Part shown: positions 18,692 through 19,362 of the stretch, in pieces | Numbering within the stretch: position 1 is the first letter of the stretch | Layout of the letters: each line of letters begins with the position of its first letter | Assembly (NCBI GenBank): GCA_018985225.1 | Contig: JADGIF010000110.1 | Location: forward strand, 1-19,362 | From: Amoeboradix gromovi X-113 | Lineage: Eukaryota > Fungi > Sanchytriomycota | Direction of reading: 5' to 3' | DNA length: 19,362 bases | Position numbers and translations under genes: made by a program | Notes under the pieces: model-generated | Told to the model about the DNA's origin: nothing | Database searches by the model: none | Seen by the model: only the letters and a program-made list of their open reading frames with translations

Positions 18692-19362
18692 TTAAAATGC
18701 CCTTTTTTTAATGGTAATTTTTGAAAATACATTACTTGATTTAACAATAATCAATTTTATTTCTTAGATGCTTTTTAAAAAAATTTTGTCGACTTATAGA
18801 AATGCGTCAAAAATCGCATGATTATAAGGAAACTGCTGTTAGACACTATATTGAGCAGTCACATAATATGGAAGTAACATGTCGTATTTTTGATTGTAAA
18901 ATCAAGACACTTGGACGATGGATACAACGATATAGAGAAGATGGTAATATTGAAAGACATAATAGAATACCACGAGCAAATAAGATGAAACAATCACATG
19001 TAGATGAAGCAGTCAATTATTTAGCTAATCATCAGACAGTTTCAATACCAGAACTAGATACACATCTTGAAGACAAATACAACGATTACCTTATTACAGG
19101 TGACCATCTTCGTACAGTTATTCGTGATAAAAATATTACACGTAAACGTACAAAGCATGGAGACTATCCTAAATTGAGACGACGTAAAGTTACAGATCGT
19201 AAGGCTGATTTACTTGCATTTTAGTCTATAACGAATGCATATGATATCAATAAAATAATTTCTAAAGACGAAACATCTTTGACACCATTTATGTATCGTC
19301 CTTATAGTCGTTGTCCTCTTGGGGATAAGTGTATTGAAGAAACAGATATAAATAAAGTATTT
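18679..19362 (+). mobile_element. IS630/Tc1-mariner-type DNA transposon: left part, truncated by the window edge
   Basis: The transposase starts at 18802. A candidate left terminus TA|ACCCGTCCGGCATTTAAAATGCCC lies at 18677-18702. The partner repeat is not in the window. Confidence 0.7.
18802..19362 (+). pseudogene. IS630-family DDE transposase with an internal stop
   Basis: HTH N-terminus (KSHDYKETAVRHY...TCRIFDCKIKTLGRWIQRY). After TAG at 19222-19224 the same frame continues YDINKIISKDETSL...YSRCPLGDKCIEET, including the first catalytic Asp (DET, 19267). Confidence 0.85.

Noticed and set aside
19222-19224. Stop-codon reassignment (TAG/TAA read as sense)
   Set aside because: Host genes end in TAA and have no internal TAG. 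Internal stops are confined to transposon relics and the tiny introns.

Overview
AT-rich, very gene-dense eukaryotic DNA, most likely from an early-diverging fungus or a relative. Intergenic gaps between host genes can be as short as 13-37 bp, and two introns are only 20-22 nt. Host genes: a PiT/Pho89 phosphate transporter, CTF18, a large CAP-Gly protein with acidic tandem repeats, Raptor/KOG1, COPI beta' (SEC27), an FHA-domain Chk2/Mek1-type kinase and NOP53. The apparently empty stretches hold a cluster of decayed Fanzor (eukaryotic TnpB-derived, RNA-guided nuclease) elements that the ORF track mostly misses. (i) A Fanzor2/TnpB-like relic at 7611-7940 has a structured 3' end that recurs as an identical 37-bp copy at the window start, which delimits the putative omegaRNA/guide boundary. 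(ii) A ~470-bp element at 8565-9036, bounded by inverted repeats, keeps only a Fanzor1-like C-terminus and a 3' hairpin. (iii) A plus-strand Fanzor1-like relic with TDG and DP motifs appears to host element (ii). (iv) A possible further fragment lies between Raptor and SEC27. (v) An IS630/Tc1-mariner transposase at the right edge has a putative terminal repeat that overlaps the NOP53 start codon. None of the Fanzor ORFs in the window is intact. All family calls come from motif recognition by eye and need HMM confirmation.
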